DNA of 64,000 bases, taken from Amoebidium appalachense. Lineage: Eukaryota > Protista > Ichthyosporea. Below, in pieces: positions 1-25,524 of the stretch; the stretch's first letter is position 1; each line of letters begins with the position of its first letter. The notes beneath the pieces are model-generated. The model searched no databases and was not told the DNA's origin. It worked only from the letters and a program-made list of their open reading frames with translations. The stretch is from contig CAVNZM010000001.1 in the NCBI GenBank assembly GCA_963693365.1, positions 440,425-504,424 on the forward strand, in the 5' to 3' direction. Made by a program: the position numbers and the translations under genes.

Positions 1-1744
1 TTCTCAAGCCAATCAATACATCTAATAAACAGGTCGTAGTTACGCGTGTTTAGTATAAAATCAAGGATGTTGTAATTTACAGGTAGGCTATCTTTCTGGG
101 TGTCTGTTGTGAATGTGACGTGTGTGTGTTGCGGTATTATGTGGTCTATCAAACTACATTTGGCGATACATGACCGGTTAAACTGGTGTGTGTGTGTGTT
201 GTTTGGGCATGCAAATGATGCCACCTTCAAGTTATACTTATTAGATCTCCACTGTATAGCACGTGTACAGTAAAAGCGTGGTAATTGATCAATAATACCA
301 TCAGCTAGAGAAAGACCAGTTCTACAGGAAGGTAATATGTATTTAGGTGTTATACATTTGCGAGTGCCATATTTGGCAATATGGTTGAGGCGGTCAGTAT
401 ATATAAAACGAGACATAAGGCTTAGTTTTTCAAGGTGTATGCTTTCATCGGGTCTAGTGTCGTGTGGTATCTTTTTCCATTTGTTATATTGCGTGATTAT
501 CTTGTGATTGTGTACATGTTTAATAAGTAAGTGGCAGTCCAAAGTCACACACACACTATTGCGGGGTTTATTTGTATTTGTGCCCAGGGGAGAAGGGGAG
601 AGAGAGGGGAGGAAAGAGGGGAGAGGTGAGGAGGGGACAGGTCGGATAGAGAAGAGAGGGTGGGAGGGCAGATACTTCTTTAAGCGGCTTATGTGCTTAT
701 TGAATTTCAGCGCGAGATAGGATACTCTAGCAGCTATTGGGACCAGACCATATATCGAGAGCGTTACAGGCCCAGGTTTACAACAGTTGTTAGATAGAAA
801 GGAGGCAACTTCTGCTTCAAGGAAATTTGCCAAGGGTTTAAGCGCTCTAGTTCTCTCTTTCTTGATCCAAGCGGCGAGAAGGGGTAAACCATATTCACAT
901 GCCGGGAAGACAAAAGTGCGAATAAATGTAAGTCTAATAGAAGGATGGAGGGGTGTGTCTTTAAAAATATTAGCCGAGAAGAAAGCTAACCGCTTACGAG
1001 CCAACTCTACCCTCTTTTCGACCATATGGGGAAACATAACACCAACAGAATCAACCGGAACACCAAGATATTTGTATTCTGGAACTATAGGTACAGGTTT
1101 AGATGATAATGTAAATGTGTGTAAATTGTTGGCTATATCAGGTACAAGAACACCACATTTGTCTATGTTAAGGATCATAAGGTTTGCCTTGCACCACTCT
1201 GACACTACATGGAACAATATTTGCAGGCGTCTAGGGGTACGGGCAAGGAGGGACAGATCATCAACATAGAGAAGTGCAGGCGGAAAGTTATTAATAGGGT
1301 CATCGATTCCGGCGTAAATCTTGACAGCCAAATCATCTATAAATAGGTTAAACAAAAAGGGGCTAAGCAATGAACCCTGCAAGAGACCTCTAGTACGAGC
1401 AAAACCATATGAAAGATGCCCATTAACCACAGCTCTACCATAGGTTTGAGACAAGAGTGCTTCTAACAGAACACCAATGCAGTGTGGTACACCCCGTGCA
1501 GCAAGCTTTTCCCATAGGAGACCAGGGGAGACAGAATCGTAAGCAGTTTTCCAATCAATAAAGCCAACATATCGTGCACCAACTTGCATAGAATCGTGCA
1601 GTGCCATTATTTGAACATAACATGAATTGTTTTTACGAAAAGCGGATTGGCATGGGTGTATGTGAAGAATAGATTGAAACCTAGGGTGATGTGCAAATAA
1701 CCTAAGTAAGCAAGCTTCAAAGAATCTACGAACAACCTGGGTTA
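1..1744 (-). mobile_element. LINE family A, copy 1: 3' part of ORF2 (RT core to C-terminus), running off the window edge
   Basis: Minus-strand translation gives RT motifs GFIDWKTAYDS, RGLLQGSLLSP and LLYVDDL. Near-identical to 25525-26733 in the opposite orientation. Cut at the TA at 1743-1744 by the pogo element. Confidence 0.92.
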
Positions 1745-4700
1745 CAGTAAACCGCTCGAATTTGGGACGATTTGAATCCCGTCATAAATTTGAGACACTT
1801 TTAATTGGCCCTCGGCGCATCACCCGGACTTGGGTCCATTATTTCGTTTTTCCCGCCCTTTTTGCATGCCAGCGTGTCTGGTTGGCTGCCCAACCCGGCA
1901 GCCAAGTTTGAAAATAAAGGGCCGTTTTCCACCAACCACCACAGCAGAGCAAAGCACATCCTCTTTCGAAAACATAGGAACTCCTCATCCTCACTCTAAG
2001 GATTTCCTCTCACGTAGCCTCACATCGTTCATATGCTTTGTACTTTTACTGCCCATTTATCACACACCCTTGCCCCACAGACAGAATGGGGTTCCCAACA
2101 TGAGTGCACAAGGGCAGAAAAGGCGCAAGCCCACAGCAGAGGAGATAGAGGCAGCGTTTCTAGAACACAAAAATCAGACACATGAAGAGCGATGTAATTT
2201 AGCTGCAGAGCACGTGAAGCATAATATTTATTCTTACAGGGAAGCAGTTGAAGTTTTTGGGGTAGCACGCACCACCATTGAGAATCACCTTAAGGGCAAA
2301 GTTAGTAGGCACGGGGCCGGAAGGCCCTCAGCACTCACTTATGAACAAGAGAGAGGTGTGATAGAGTGGATCTTTGAGAGGCAGGATGCGAATCTCTCCG
2401 CATCTGTTCGTGAAATCAAACAGAAACTAGTAGAAACTGCAAAAAAACACGGGGTACCCTTTAAGAACGACAGACCATCTGATGGGTTCTGGAATGCTTT
2501 CAAAAAACGACACCCAGACTTCACTTTGAGGGTGCCTTTGCCAGCTGATGACCGGCACGATGCAGCAACAACACCAAGCATCATTCGTCACTACTTTGAC
2601 ATCATCCGCAAAGTGATGGTAACCTTTTTTGGCGGTCGATTCCTTCCCCACCAAGTCCTCAACCTGGACGAAACCCCACAGAGAATCCAGTACGTTCCCA
2701 GACTAGCCGGTGCTAAAAAGGGCAGCAGGGCAGTCCGACGTCGCATCATCGGAAACGGCAAAGAAAACGTCACCATCATTCCAATTGGCAATGTTGCAGG
2801 TGAACTTCTCGGTGTCATCGTGATTCTCAAAGGCGCGCGAGTCAAGAAAGCGACAATCGAAGCCTGTACCATTGATAACGTGTACTTTACCGCAGTTCCA
2901 AACGGCCTCAACAACACCAAGATTTTCGACCAAATTGCTATTGCTCTGGTTAAAATTCTGAAGAACCAACCCGACCCAGGCCCCCACATGGTACTGGTCG
3001 ACAGACATCACTCGCGCGCGTCATCTTTCGCCCTCAGGCACCTCAAAAACAACCAAGTTTACGTGGTCGGACTACCGGGAAGCACAACACCAACCACCCA
3101 AGCAATGGACAACTGCAACGTTCCGAGTGTGAAGAAGGAATACAGGAACCTCTACTGCGAGTTTGTCGCGGCAAACCCAACCCTCAGGAAGTTCACCTAT
3201 GCACATTTCATCGCGCTGTACTCGCGTGCGTTCAACGGTAAACTCACCAAACAATCGATAGTGAGTGTGTTCGCCAAAACTGGCTTCAGACAGGAGAACG
3301 GAGAGGTGGTTGTGGATGAGGAGAGAGTTCAAGCATCACTGCCCCTCAAGCATCGTGCGGCTACTTGCAAACCTCCCCCCGCCTGAAATCACTTCGAAAG
3401 AACTCAGGTGGACTGAAGATGAGGAATCTCAAGAGGGGGACAACTCAGAGGAAAGCAGGGAGGTGCCTGAACCGGAAAATGAATACGAAAACGGAAACGA
3501 AAATCCCCCCGAAATCGAAAACGAAAATACACAGGAGGCGGAGAGCGGAGATGACATGTTGCCCACCTACGAAACAGACGGAAATGGACAGCAGCGTGCG
3601 ATTCTGTGGACACGCGAAACCTTTCTCAAGGAACTTGAGGAGAGAGAGAAACGCAAGCAGCAGAAGGAAGATGGAAAGAAACAGCGAGCAGAGGAGAGGG
3701 AACGAAGGAAGGCGGAGAGACTACAAGAACAGGAGGAGAAAAAGAGAGCGCAAGAGGAGAAAGCAAGAGAGAGAGAAAAGAGAAAAGCAGAGGAGGCAGC
3801 CGTGAAAGAGGCAAGGAAAAAAGAGAGGGAGGAAAAGAAAAAAGAAAAAGAGCTGAGGGCACAGGAAGAGGAGGAAAGGAAGGCACAGGAGGGAGGACGA
3901 AAAGGGAGATCCAAACCGACACAACCAAGGAAGCCCAAGAAGAAAAAGAGGAAGGCGAAGAGAGCATTCTGGGGGTCAGACACTGATGCACCAGAATCAG
4001 AAAGCAACGAAGACGGAGAAAGGGAGAGTGAGAGTGAGAGCGAAAACGAACGGAGGAAGGTGCACGGTGATGAGTGGATGGAAAATGAAAGCGACAAAGA
4101 AAACGAACCACCAAGAAACGAGCACGGGCAACCATACTGGCCTGGCTACTACTTCCCCTACCAACAGGTCCCATTCAACCCATACCAACCTGGGATGCAA
4201 TACCAACAGTACCCGTTTTATCAGTATCCATACCCCGGACAGATGTAGAGGTGTGCTAACAGTACAGGAACGAGCATGCGTGTGTAGGTTGCACTTATAG
4301 TACAGAACGACGTCTTTAGTCACAGGCAATAGGTTGTATGATGTGTTTAGTTTATTTTGCAAAACAGGCACCCTTGAAGCCTCGTTAAGTGTACAGACTG
4401 GTTTGAAAGCTAGAGAAGGCCCCAGGGGTGGGCAATGGTGAAAGGAACAGCGAGACCACACCCTGGTGCGTGTGCGTCAGCTTGTTCGTGTGCATATACG
4501 TCTATGCAACACGTGTCCCAAATAAAAATGCATTTTGAATTCAGAATGAAATTTGCAAGATGATACCCTAGGCTACATTCACGTGTCTAAGTCGTCGGAA
4601 ACGTGTTTTATGAACCTCAGCACTTATATACTGGGGTAGCCATGTGCCAGGGATGCTCGAATGTTCTAGAAAAAAGCTAAAAATAGCTACTTATAAGCGC

Positions 4701-4748
4701 TCGATCAGCGATGACGCGAAAAGTGTCCCAAATTCGAGCGGTTTACTG
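1745..4748 (+). mobile_element. pogo/Fot1-like (Tc1-mariner superfamily) DNA transposon
   Basis: Perfect 24-bp TIRs CAGTAAACCGCTCGAATTTGGGAC (1745-1768, and reverse complement at 4725-4748). TA duplicated on both sides (1743-1744, 4749-4750). The flanks rejoin to LINE-A sequence. Confidence 0.95.
2100..4248 (+). CDS. DD35D transposase (HTH_psq/CENP-B-type HTH + DDE_1) with long acidic/coiled-coil tail; one frameshift at the C-run 3375-3380
   Basis: HTH motif YREAVEVFGVARTTI, GRPSALT and FWNAFKKRHP. Catalytic residues LNLDET, LVDRH and QAMD, with 35 residues between the last two Asp. Removing one C joins ORF 1830..3386 to ORF 3265..4248 (KPPPPE..., about 715 aa). Confidence 0.85.
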
Positions 4749-4842
4749 TAGTGTTAATGGGGACTTTCTCTACTTAGGCATCGGCCTTTACTTAGGCATC
4801 CACCTCTACTTAGGCCCCTTGAGGGGCAGCTAGAACCCACCC

Positions 4843-5988
4843 ATGGCGTCTCAGGATGCATCCTTGTCCCCGGACCCTCCTGGGACACCGCCTGGGAGCC
4901 GCAAACGTGATACACGGGATGGAGAATCCCCAGATAAGAGGCTAACTAAACTGAGCCGAGCGGAACAGGTTCCCTTTCCCGAGGTTAAAGCGCCACCGGC
5001 CGTGCCGCCAGCAAGTAGTTTTATTTCGAAAGAACAACTGCACTTGATACCCGAGAAGGCTAGGAAAGCCGTGCTCAAACTTATGGCGCATCATGAGCAG
5101 CTCCGCACCCAAGTCTCCGACTTAACAACCCAAGTAGCTGAGTATAAAGCCAAACAGGACCACACAGACCTCCTTGTTCAGCAAATGGAGACGCGCTTAC
5201 GGCAGCTGGAAGCTGACCGGGCAACCCCCACCGGCCCTGCCCACGCGGGCCCGGCCCCTGCAGCACAGGCAACCCCCGATGGGTTACCCACCCCCCCGGG
5301 GTCTCCCAAGTTCATACCCACAACGAATCCTAAGGTGTACCGCACTACGGTGGACGCCAAGACCGTGTACGTGTCCGAGAAAGTCAAAACGTATGCCGAG
5401 TCGGTGGCCCAGACCCACGGGGCTACCCAGGCTTTGGCAGCCCTTGCCGCAGCGTCAGCACTGCACCCAACCCGCCGCCCTCGGGTGGCGTCTGACCCTG
5501 CCCCTCAGGGTACCGACGAGTCCGAGTTGACCACTGCAGCCTTCACCTTGGTGCCGGCCAACATCAGCACCATGCGTGACCGTCTTTACACCCTCGGTGT
5601 CCTCAACCGAATGATTCCCGACATGCTCTTCATTGGCCGTCGCTACACAGTGTTCATTGTGCGTGCCGGCTACCGTGATACCCTCATAAACATCATCCAA
5701 CGTGCTACCGACGCCACCTTTCTCGCAGACTTCGATCCTACGGCTCCCTACAACACCACACTTAACCGTGTTGATGCAGAGGCCGCTGCCCGGGCCTCTT
5801 GGCAACGCCGGGTGCTTGCAAGAATGGCCAACGCCCATGCATGGGCTGTCAAGGCAGCCACACTTTACCCGGCACACGACAGCCGGGCCAAAACAGCAGC
5901 TGAGGTGCGTGCCTACTGGGAGGCTCAGCACGTGCAGGTCTTCAGCAAGCCCTACGACCCCACCGCCGCACCAGCCAACTCCCAGTAA
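4843..5988 (+). CDS. LINE-B ORF1 protein (381 aa; coiled coil + C-terminal conserved domain)
   Basis: Open frame directly upstream of ORF2 (TAA-gc-ATG). Heptad region LRTQVSDLTTQVAEYK. The segment LGVLNRMIPDMLFIGRRYTVFIVRAGY aligns by eye with LINE-A ORF1 LGFWCSRILCLSFIGYDVLEVAVRGDY. Confidence 0.8.
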   Translation: MASQDASLSPDPPGTPPGSRKRDTRDGESPDKRLTKLSRAEQVPFPEVKAPPAVPPASSFISKEQLHLIPEKARKAVLKLMAHHEQLRTQVSDLTTQVAEYKAKQDHTDLLVQQMETRLRQLEADRATPTGPAHAGPAPAAQATPDGLPTPPGSPKFIPTTNPKVYRTTVDAKTVYVSEKVKTYAESVAQTHGATQALAALAAASALHPTRRPRVASDPAPQGTDESELTTAAFTLVPANISTMRDRLYTLGVLNRMIPDMLFIGRRYTVFIVRAGYRDTLINIIQRATDATFLADFDPTAPYNTTLNRVDAEAAARASWQRRVLARMANAHAWAVKAATLYPAHDSRAKTAAEVRAYWEAQHVQVFSKPYDPTAAPANSQ

Positions 5989-5990
5989 GC

Positions 5991-8900
5991 ATGCTCTCCT
6001 TTCTTTTCTGGAATGCTCGTAGTCTAAATAAGAGTAAAGCACAGTTTCTTCTTTCGTTACCCCAACAGGAGTTCCCGTTTATTGTTGTCGCAGAAACGTG
6101 GTGGCGAGACCACGCCACACTCCGTCGGTCTGGACGGCTCGTCGGCGAGTCTACTCAGCCTGTGGGCCACAAGCCTCACTCCGGCATAGTGTTCATCGCC
6201 GCCTACCACTTTGTTAACCACTGTTCAGTTATAGCACGTACAATACACACACTCACCATCTCAGTTTGTGGCCATATATGCACTTTTGTTTATTTTCCAC
6301 CTAGCCTTCCACTTCTAGCACTTAAACACGAGCTTAACACCATCGCCCCACATAACCCCACACTAGTGTTAGGAGACTTTAATAGCCCGCTAACTACCAC
6401 CCCACACCCCCTACACGGCCACCCACAGGCCCTACTTAAACCCAACCACCCACGCACGCCAACCTTTCACACTTTTGTTACAGCCTTACGCCTTACTCTT
6501 CCATCTGTAGTACAAGAACACCGCACGGACTGGGGGGCAGCCTCTGGTCCTTGCACCTTACACATACACCACAACCTACACCCCCCACCGTCAGACCACC
6601 TACCTATAGTCTTTCGCACTACACTTAGCCGTTCTACGCCGTCACCACAACACACTTACAGACTTAACGTACGCGAACTTAAAAGCCAGCGCGGCCAAGC
6701 AGACACTCGCTTCTTTTTCGAGACGGTGCAACCGAGTCTATTATCGCTTGTGCGTGATGGACGCCAAACCCCACTACGCACCGACCAGACCTTCATCGAT
6801 AGCGTCTGGTCTACAGTACGAGAAACCTTGTGGGACATAGGTGAATATGCCTGTTTAGGTGCCCAAGTTTACCCACAAGCACGAACTACACACACTCGCG
6901 GCCCTCGAGCGGAGGCTGCCTTACGTAAGCCTCTACCGTATCACATGCTATTGGGTAATATTCGGAAGATTGATCGCGGCGATCATTCGATTCGAATAAC
7001 GGCCGACCCGTCATCCGACCCGGAATCTGCAACCGATTCCTTTTACGGCACCCTGTTTAAACGTAACCCGACATGTATGGCCACGGACCTGGGGCAGGCG
7101 CCCCCTCCTGTTTTTGTTCCACCCTCCGACACACCACCACCACCACACACGGCGTGGCCAGCGGGGCCGGCTGAGTTTGGGGCGGAATTGGGGGAACTTT
7201 TTACCCCAGATGCGGTATGGCAGTTAGTCTCCCGTTACCCGTCCCGCAAAGCGTGCGGGCCGGACGGCATCCCTATGGCACTACTTAAGGTACTCATCCC
7301 ACCCCGACCCGAGAAAGACGAAAAGCGTGGCCCGCCGCCACCACTTACATGTATTCTTAGCGAGTTGTTTAGCTGGTATTCTGATGTCGGTAAAGTGCCC
7401 TCGGAGTGGCTAGCCACCTTAGTGTTTCCCATCAAGAAAACGGTTGCACAGGGTCCCATCCACGAATTTCGCCCTATCACCCTTACGTCCGTTTTTCGCC
7501 GATTATTCGAAAGTGGCCTTTTACAGGCCTTTTCCCGTAACCCCACCCTTAAGCAGGCTTCCCAGCTGAGCCCTCTTCAGGCGGCGTTTTGGCATCGACA
7601 CTCATGTTACGCACAAATCCTCACTCTACATAATGCAACTCAAAGTGATACCGAGCACCTCGTATTTATCGATTTTAAGAACGCGTACGACACGGTCGAC
7701 CTCCCTCGCCTGTGGGCCAAGTTAGCCACTCGCGGTGTCCCATTCCAAATGGGTCGGCTACTGGAAGCTATGTTTACGTTTACACGCGGACGAGCGGTGG
7801 TTAATGGGCGGCTATCCCCAGGGTTTACCCGCACGCGCGGGGTACTTCAAGGGTCCCTGCTAAGTCCTCTTCTTTTCAACCTGTATATTGATGATTTAGC
7901 CGACACTCTTTCTGCGGCACAAATTGACGGGGGGTTGCCATCCCAGGCTCCTCCCGCCCTCTTTTTTGCCGACGATATTGTGCTTATGTCATCCGATCCT
8001 CTCGAACTACGGCAATACATTCGTGTGGTTGAACATTGATGCCAGCGCAACGATATGCAGATTAATGTCAAAAAGTGTGCCCTTTTATCAAAATCGATAC
8101 CGGCATGGGACGACGTTTGTATTTTCGGCAGTCCCCTCCCTCGCCCAATCGAATACAAGTATTTGGGGATTCCGGTGGACGAATGGGGCATATGTTTCAA
8201 ACGGATGATCGACCGTCGGGTGGAGAGTGCAGGCAGGTGTCTTCGGTTATTTCGGGATGTGTATCTTGCTTCTCTTTCTCATACTGTCCACCTATACAAT
8301 CGTCTTAGTATATTTCGCACATATATTCGCCCTTTGTCGGAATACGGGTTGCCCTTACTAGCTATGGCACCCCCTGATACTGTTACTAATGTCCTCAAAT
8401 CATTAGATGATTTCCATTACACAACTTGTTGTATGTTTCTCACTGGTTTTTCCACACCTATCCCTAGACGCCTTTTTGATTCTCTCTACGCACTCACACC
8501 ACCATCACAACGCGTACACGAATTAGCCCTTAAATTTCACGAGCACATCACCCGCCTGTCCGCTTGTGCCCCGGACCACCCGCTCTTCCGGCTACACGCA
8601 TCCCCGCCGGATTCGCCCCTGTACCTCTTCCCTTCCCCATCGTCTCTGCCCATTGCCGAGCGCTATGTGGAATGGCTGGCGACCCCCCCGGAGGTACGGC
8701 TAGATCATAGTGTGAATATGAATAGTTTCAAGTCTATGGCTGATAGATATCTTTTTACTCTACGTGTTGAGTCCCTTCCGGTGTTAGGACCGCACAAACA
8801 CCAACTACTAGTAGCCTATATGGCGGATACGGTTAGAGAGTCTCGTTCATACATAGATTCGTTTATTCGTAATGTGGTGTGGTGTAAAAACGCAAAGATG

Positions 8901-9194
8901 ATTATGGCTTGGCGGTGTAATCGGTTTCTGGTGTCTCCTGCTCGTATGTGTAATATGTGTGGGGGGCGGTTTACTCGCGGCTGCATATCTATCAATAAAT
9001 GCAACCTGTTAGCTAATGTATTAGAACCGGAGGTTATTGGCGGTTTTATTCTCTTTTCTTCATCTCTTCCTCAATATATCCGTTTTAAGATGACTATCCT
9101 AGATCACCTTATTAATGCTGCACAGTATGATATTGTGATCCGGTGCCTTAACTTTCTGTCGGAGCTACCGATGCTAGCATCTGCTTACCCATAA
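5991..9194 (+). pseudogene. LINE-B ORF2: APE endonuclease + reverse transcriptase + C-terminal Cys motif; single in-frame TGA at 8037-8039
   Basis: APE motifs FWNARSL, VAETW, LGDFN and SDHLPI. RT motifs ACGPDG, FRPITL, FIDFKNAYD, GVLQGSLLSP, FADD and YKYLG. C-terminal CNMC...C. The stop sits where family A has Trp (VVSEWCK vs VVEH*CQ). Confidence 0.9.
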
Positions 9195-9355
9195 TATGTA
9201 ATAGGGGTGTCAGATCCTACGATGGCGCTCATTGTTGCCTAGCATGTACATATGTCACTGGCTGCATTTGATTGGCTGTGCTGGAAAACGCAGTAGGCCG
9301 TCGAATGTGGCTGGGCCTCCGGCAATGTCCACGCAATAAAAAGTGTGTAAACCCC

Positions 9356-10090
9356 TTAATGGGGCGAAAGGATGATATGGGGCCCTCAGAGTCCTTCTTA
9401 ACTATGGGGATCACTAAGGTATCTAACCAAGATGACGGGACATGTCCACATTTAACACACCAAGAAAAGAGAGAGCTTAACATGATAGTAAGATCAGGTT
9501 TAATAGCACGATCACTTTCCTTTTGTGGGTAGGAGGGAACAAGGATTTTAAGAAACCCAGCAGGGAGTCCATCAGGTCCACAAGACTTACTAGAGCTATA
9601 ACTAGATATCACAGACCATATGGCATCGGGACTGAAAAAGGGGAGGATCGATTCTATGGGGATAGATGGGTCTAGAGGCCACACAATAGGTTTCTGAGCG
9701 GGGGTCCTATCTTTAAACAGTTCCGAGAAATACTTATCAGAGTCTATGAGGGGGTCTCCAGTGGTATCACCAATAATACGAGCAGGGGGGCCAAATCGAT
9801 TCATACTAGCAAGCCGGCGCAAGCTTTCCTTTTGAGACAGGGGTTCACCTAGTCTAGCGGGAGTGGTGTTTGGTAACAAGAGAGCATCGGGATGTTCCTT
9901 TCTACCACCGCCAGCATAATCACCGAGATCTATCAAATCATCAACAATAAAGTTAGTGCATGTATCTAGTACGAGGTGTGAATCTGGTCTGGCTTGTTCA
10001 GATTCTAATAGGCGCATATATATAGGGTGTTTCGTTGCATAGCATACACATACATCAACTCTACCCCACTGTGACTTAAGCTGGGATAGA
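9356..10090 (-). mobile_element. LINE family A, copy 1: linker/RT N-terminal part, 5'-truncated at about 10090
   Basis: Translation LSQLKSQWGRV...SCGPDG...SFRPI is nearly identical to ORF 55908..57011. Similarity stops at about 10090. Confidence 0.9.
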
Positions 10091-12022
10091 TCACTATGTG
10101 ACTTTTTAGCCGGGTTCAGTGACCATCCTGCCGCGGCAGGGTTCGAATTTGGTTTCAAAGGCGTCGTATCTACGTATACCATGACAAACACTGCGACCTC
10201 GTTACAGGAAGTAATTGAAAGCCTTTTGTTAATAATGGATGATGGCAAAAAAAGGGCCTGTGTACAGGAAAATGCGACGTGATGGTTACACTTGGCATCT
10301 AAAAAAAATCAAATTCGATAACCTTTTAGGTACGATCAAACATTTTCGAACGCTGAATTTTCGGAAAACCGGGTGACGATAGTCTTGAAATGTAGACAAG
10401 TTTTTTGGCAAAAGTTTTGTGAATTAGACGCCTGACAGGCCCTTGCGCAAGTGTGATGACGTCAGGGGCCGCCGGAAACTGACCAGGAAGGGGCTTCGCC
10501 CAATAATACTTGCACTCAATGACAGGGTGGCACACACACAATCACACACACCGGGTCCCGGCCACACCCACAGTGTCACCGGTGCACGCCCACCCACCCA
10601 CCCACCCGCACCCACATGTGCACCCACACCCACAACCACACGCGTACGCGTGCAACACAGACAAATTTTCAATGAAGATCGAATTCTTGTTCAGTCACGG
10701 AATCAAGATTATGTTGTTCTCTAAACCCCCCCCCCCCCCCCCCCCCCCTTCGTCCTCACCGGCCTGCACGGCCCCACACACACTGAAATCGAAAATAAAG
10801 AAAAACGAGGGACCTGCACTGATGATTTTCACGTGAGGTCTAACGGCCTAAGGCAAACTGTAACTTATTCACGGAGCCCACATTACTAACCCTAATGTGG
10901 GAATAATCAATCAAATGCATGTGCTTATGAGTGCGCTGAGTACATCTCCAGCGTGTTTGAAACACTTCACACTTTCGAATTCATGTTTTATTCCTCAGAG
11001 TTTTGACTATCAAAGTCAAACCCGTGGGAAATAGAGATATTCACATTGCATGACAACTGCCCAGACTTTGAATCATATAATGCTACAGTGTGTGTGTGAA
11101 GTGTACACGTGTATGTGTATGTGGGTGTATGCAAGTCTGTGTGCAAGGGAATTAAATTTGTGTGTATGCACGTGTATCAACCTTGTTAGTCAATGCGAGA
11201 GTGTGTGGGAGGTGGAATCAGCGTGCATGTCAAGATCGTTGCCCCACAGATCTACTCAATGCGAGTAGATATATGTGCACACATACATGCCACATATACA
11301 CATCGGAGTGTCGACTGTCGGATAATAAAGCATCAGGTTAGTGGTCCTGATGAATAAACTAGCACTGTGCAATGGGAGCGGTTATATAAACGTAAAAAAG
11401 AGTTGATCCAAATTCAACAAACAAAACAAAGTGATGGTGGGTGGTGGGTTAAGTCTCCCAGGATGGACCTGCCAGCCGTTGCCATCGCTGGTGGTGGGCT
11501 CTATCGGGTGAGGATCTGGGGAGGCATGCATTGTTAGTGTTGCATTAAGAAGAGCGTGCACAAACCAAAAACACGGATCAATAGGATTTAGATGTACTGG
11601 TGGAGTAGGTATGAACATTTGCACGTGCGCATGCGTGCACGTGCCTGTGCATGTGCCTGTGTGAGTACCTGTGTGTGTGTGTGTGTGTGTGTATGTGTGT
11701 GTGTGTGTGTGCGTGCGCGACTGTGTCCGTGTCTCCGTATGTGTGCAAGTTTGTGTATGCTTGTGTGTGTGTGTGTGTGTGTGGAGGGGGGGGGGAGTAC
11801 AAAAAGAAACAAGCGACAAAAGGTCTAAGGAGACATGCAATACGTGCAGATCCCCTTGCCACACTGCGGGCACGCAGGGAAGGCGGGGGGGGGGGGGGGG
11901 GGGGGGGGAGGTGAGGAACAGGGATGCAAACAACTTAGAACATCACCAATAGCGAACGGGGGGAGGGGGGGGGGAGGAGAGGGAGAGAGAGAGAGGGGGG
12001 GGGGGGGGGGGAGAGAGAGAGT

Positions 12023-12074
<52 letters not shown>

Positions 12075-12097
12075 GGGGGAGGAGTAAGGGGCCTTAC

Positions 12098-24869
<12,772 letters not shown>

Positions 24870-25524
24870 TTTGAAAAAAATATATAGTTGCTTATATATA
24901 CAGCTTCTAATGCTCCTAAGAAGAAAAGATAGAAAACCGAATCGCTGAGAGAGGGGGCGAGGGTCGTGCGTGAAAAAAACGTTGTAACAGCCGCAGTGTT
25001 TTGGATCCAGACGAAAAACTTGGGTGACGTCATTTGTATATGTCACGTGGGGTATGCGCGCCAAAATTTGGAGCAACGATTGATCATCATATATGGTTAT
25101 TCCAATTCTCCGATTACAACCGCGTTCACAGTGGGCAGTACCTCAGTGGATACGGTGTTCCCCGGGGGGGGGGGGGGGGGGGCGAACGCATCCCCCGCCC
25201 AATTGCAACGCAGGATCGAACCCCACACCCTCCAGGGATCCCCCCCCTCCCCATCCGGGCCCCCCCAACCTCCGCACACCCTCTCTCTCCCCTCCCCCCT
25301 CACCCCTCAACACCCACTCACCACCACATGCTGCACACGCACGCGCACGCAAACGCACACACACACACACACGTTACACACACACGCGTGCACACACACA
25401 CGCACACACGTACTGTGCACACACACACGTACACACACACGCACGCACACACACACACCTTCTATTTCCCCTCTACAACATACACACCATCTGGCCCACC
25501 ACCACCAGTATGCACCACCAGTAG

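Larger units (their letters stand above)
4763..9355 (+). mobile_element. Full-length LINE, family B (ORF1 + APE-RT ORF2), inserted into LINE-A copy 1
   Basis: Flanked by the direct repeat TTAATGGGG (4754-4762 and 9356-9364). LINE-A RT sequence resumes at 9356. AATAAA at about 9335. Confidence 0.9.

Noticed and set aside
787-1269. 160-aa plus-strand ORF duplicated at 25462-25956
   Set aside because: Antisense shadow of LINE-A ORF2; duplicated only because the LINE is.
8037-8039. TGA at a conserved Trp as evidence of recoding or an alternative genetic code
   Set aside because: Single instance. Trp is TGG elsewhere in the same ORF and in the host genes, so a TGG>TGA mutation or base-call error is simpler.
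10108-10160. tRNA suggested by GGTTCGAAT
   Set aside because: No acceptor stem, D-arm or anticodon arm could be built.
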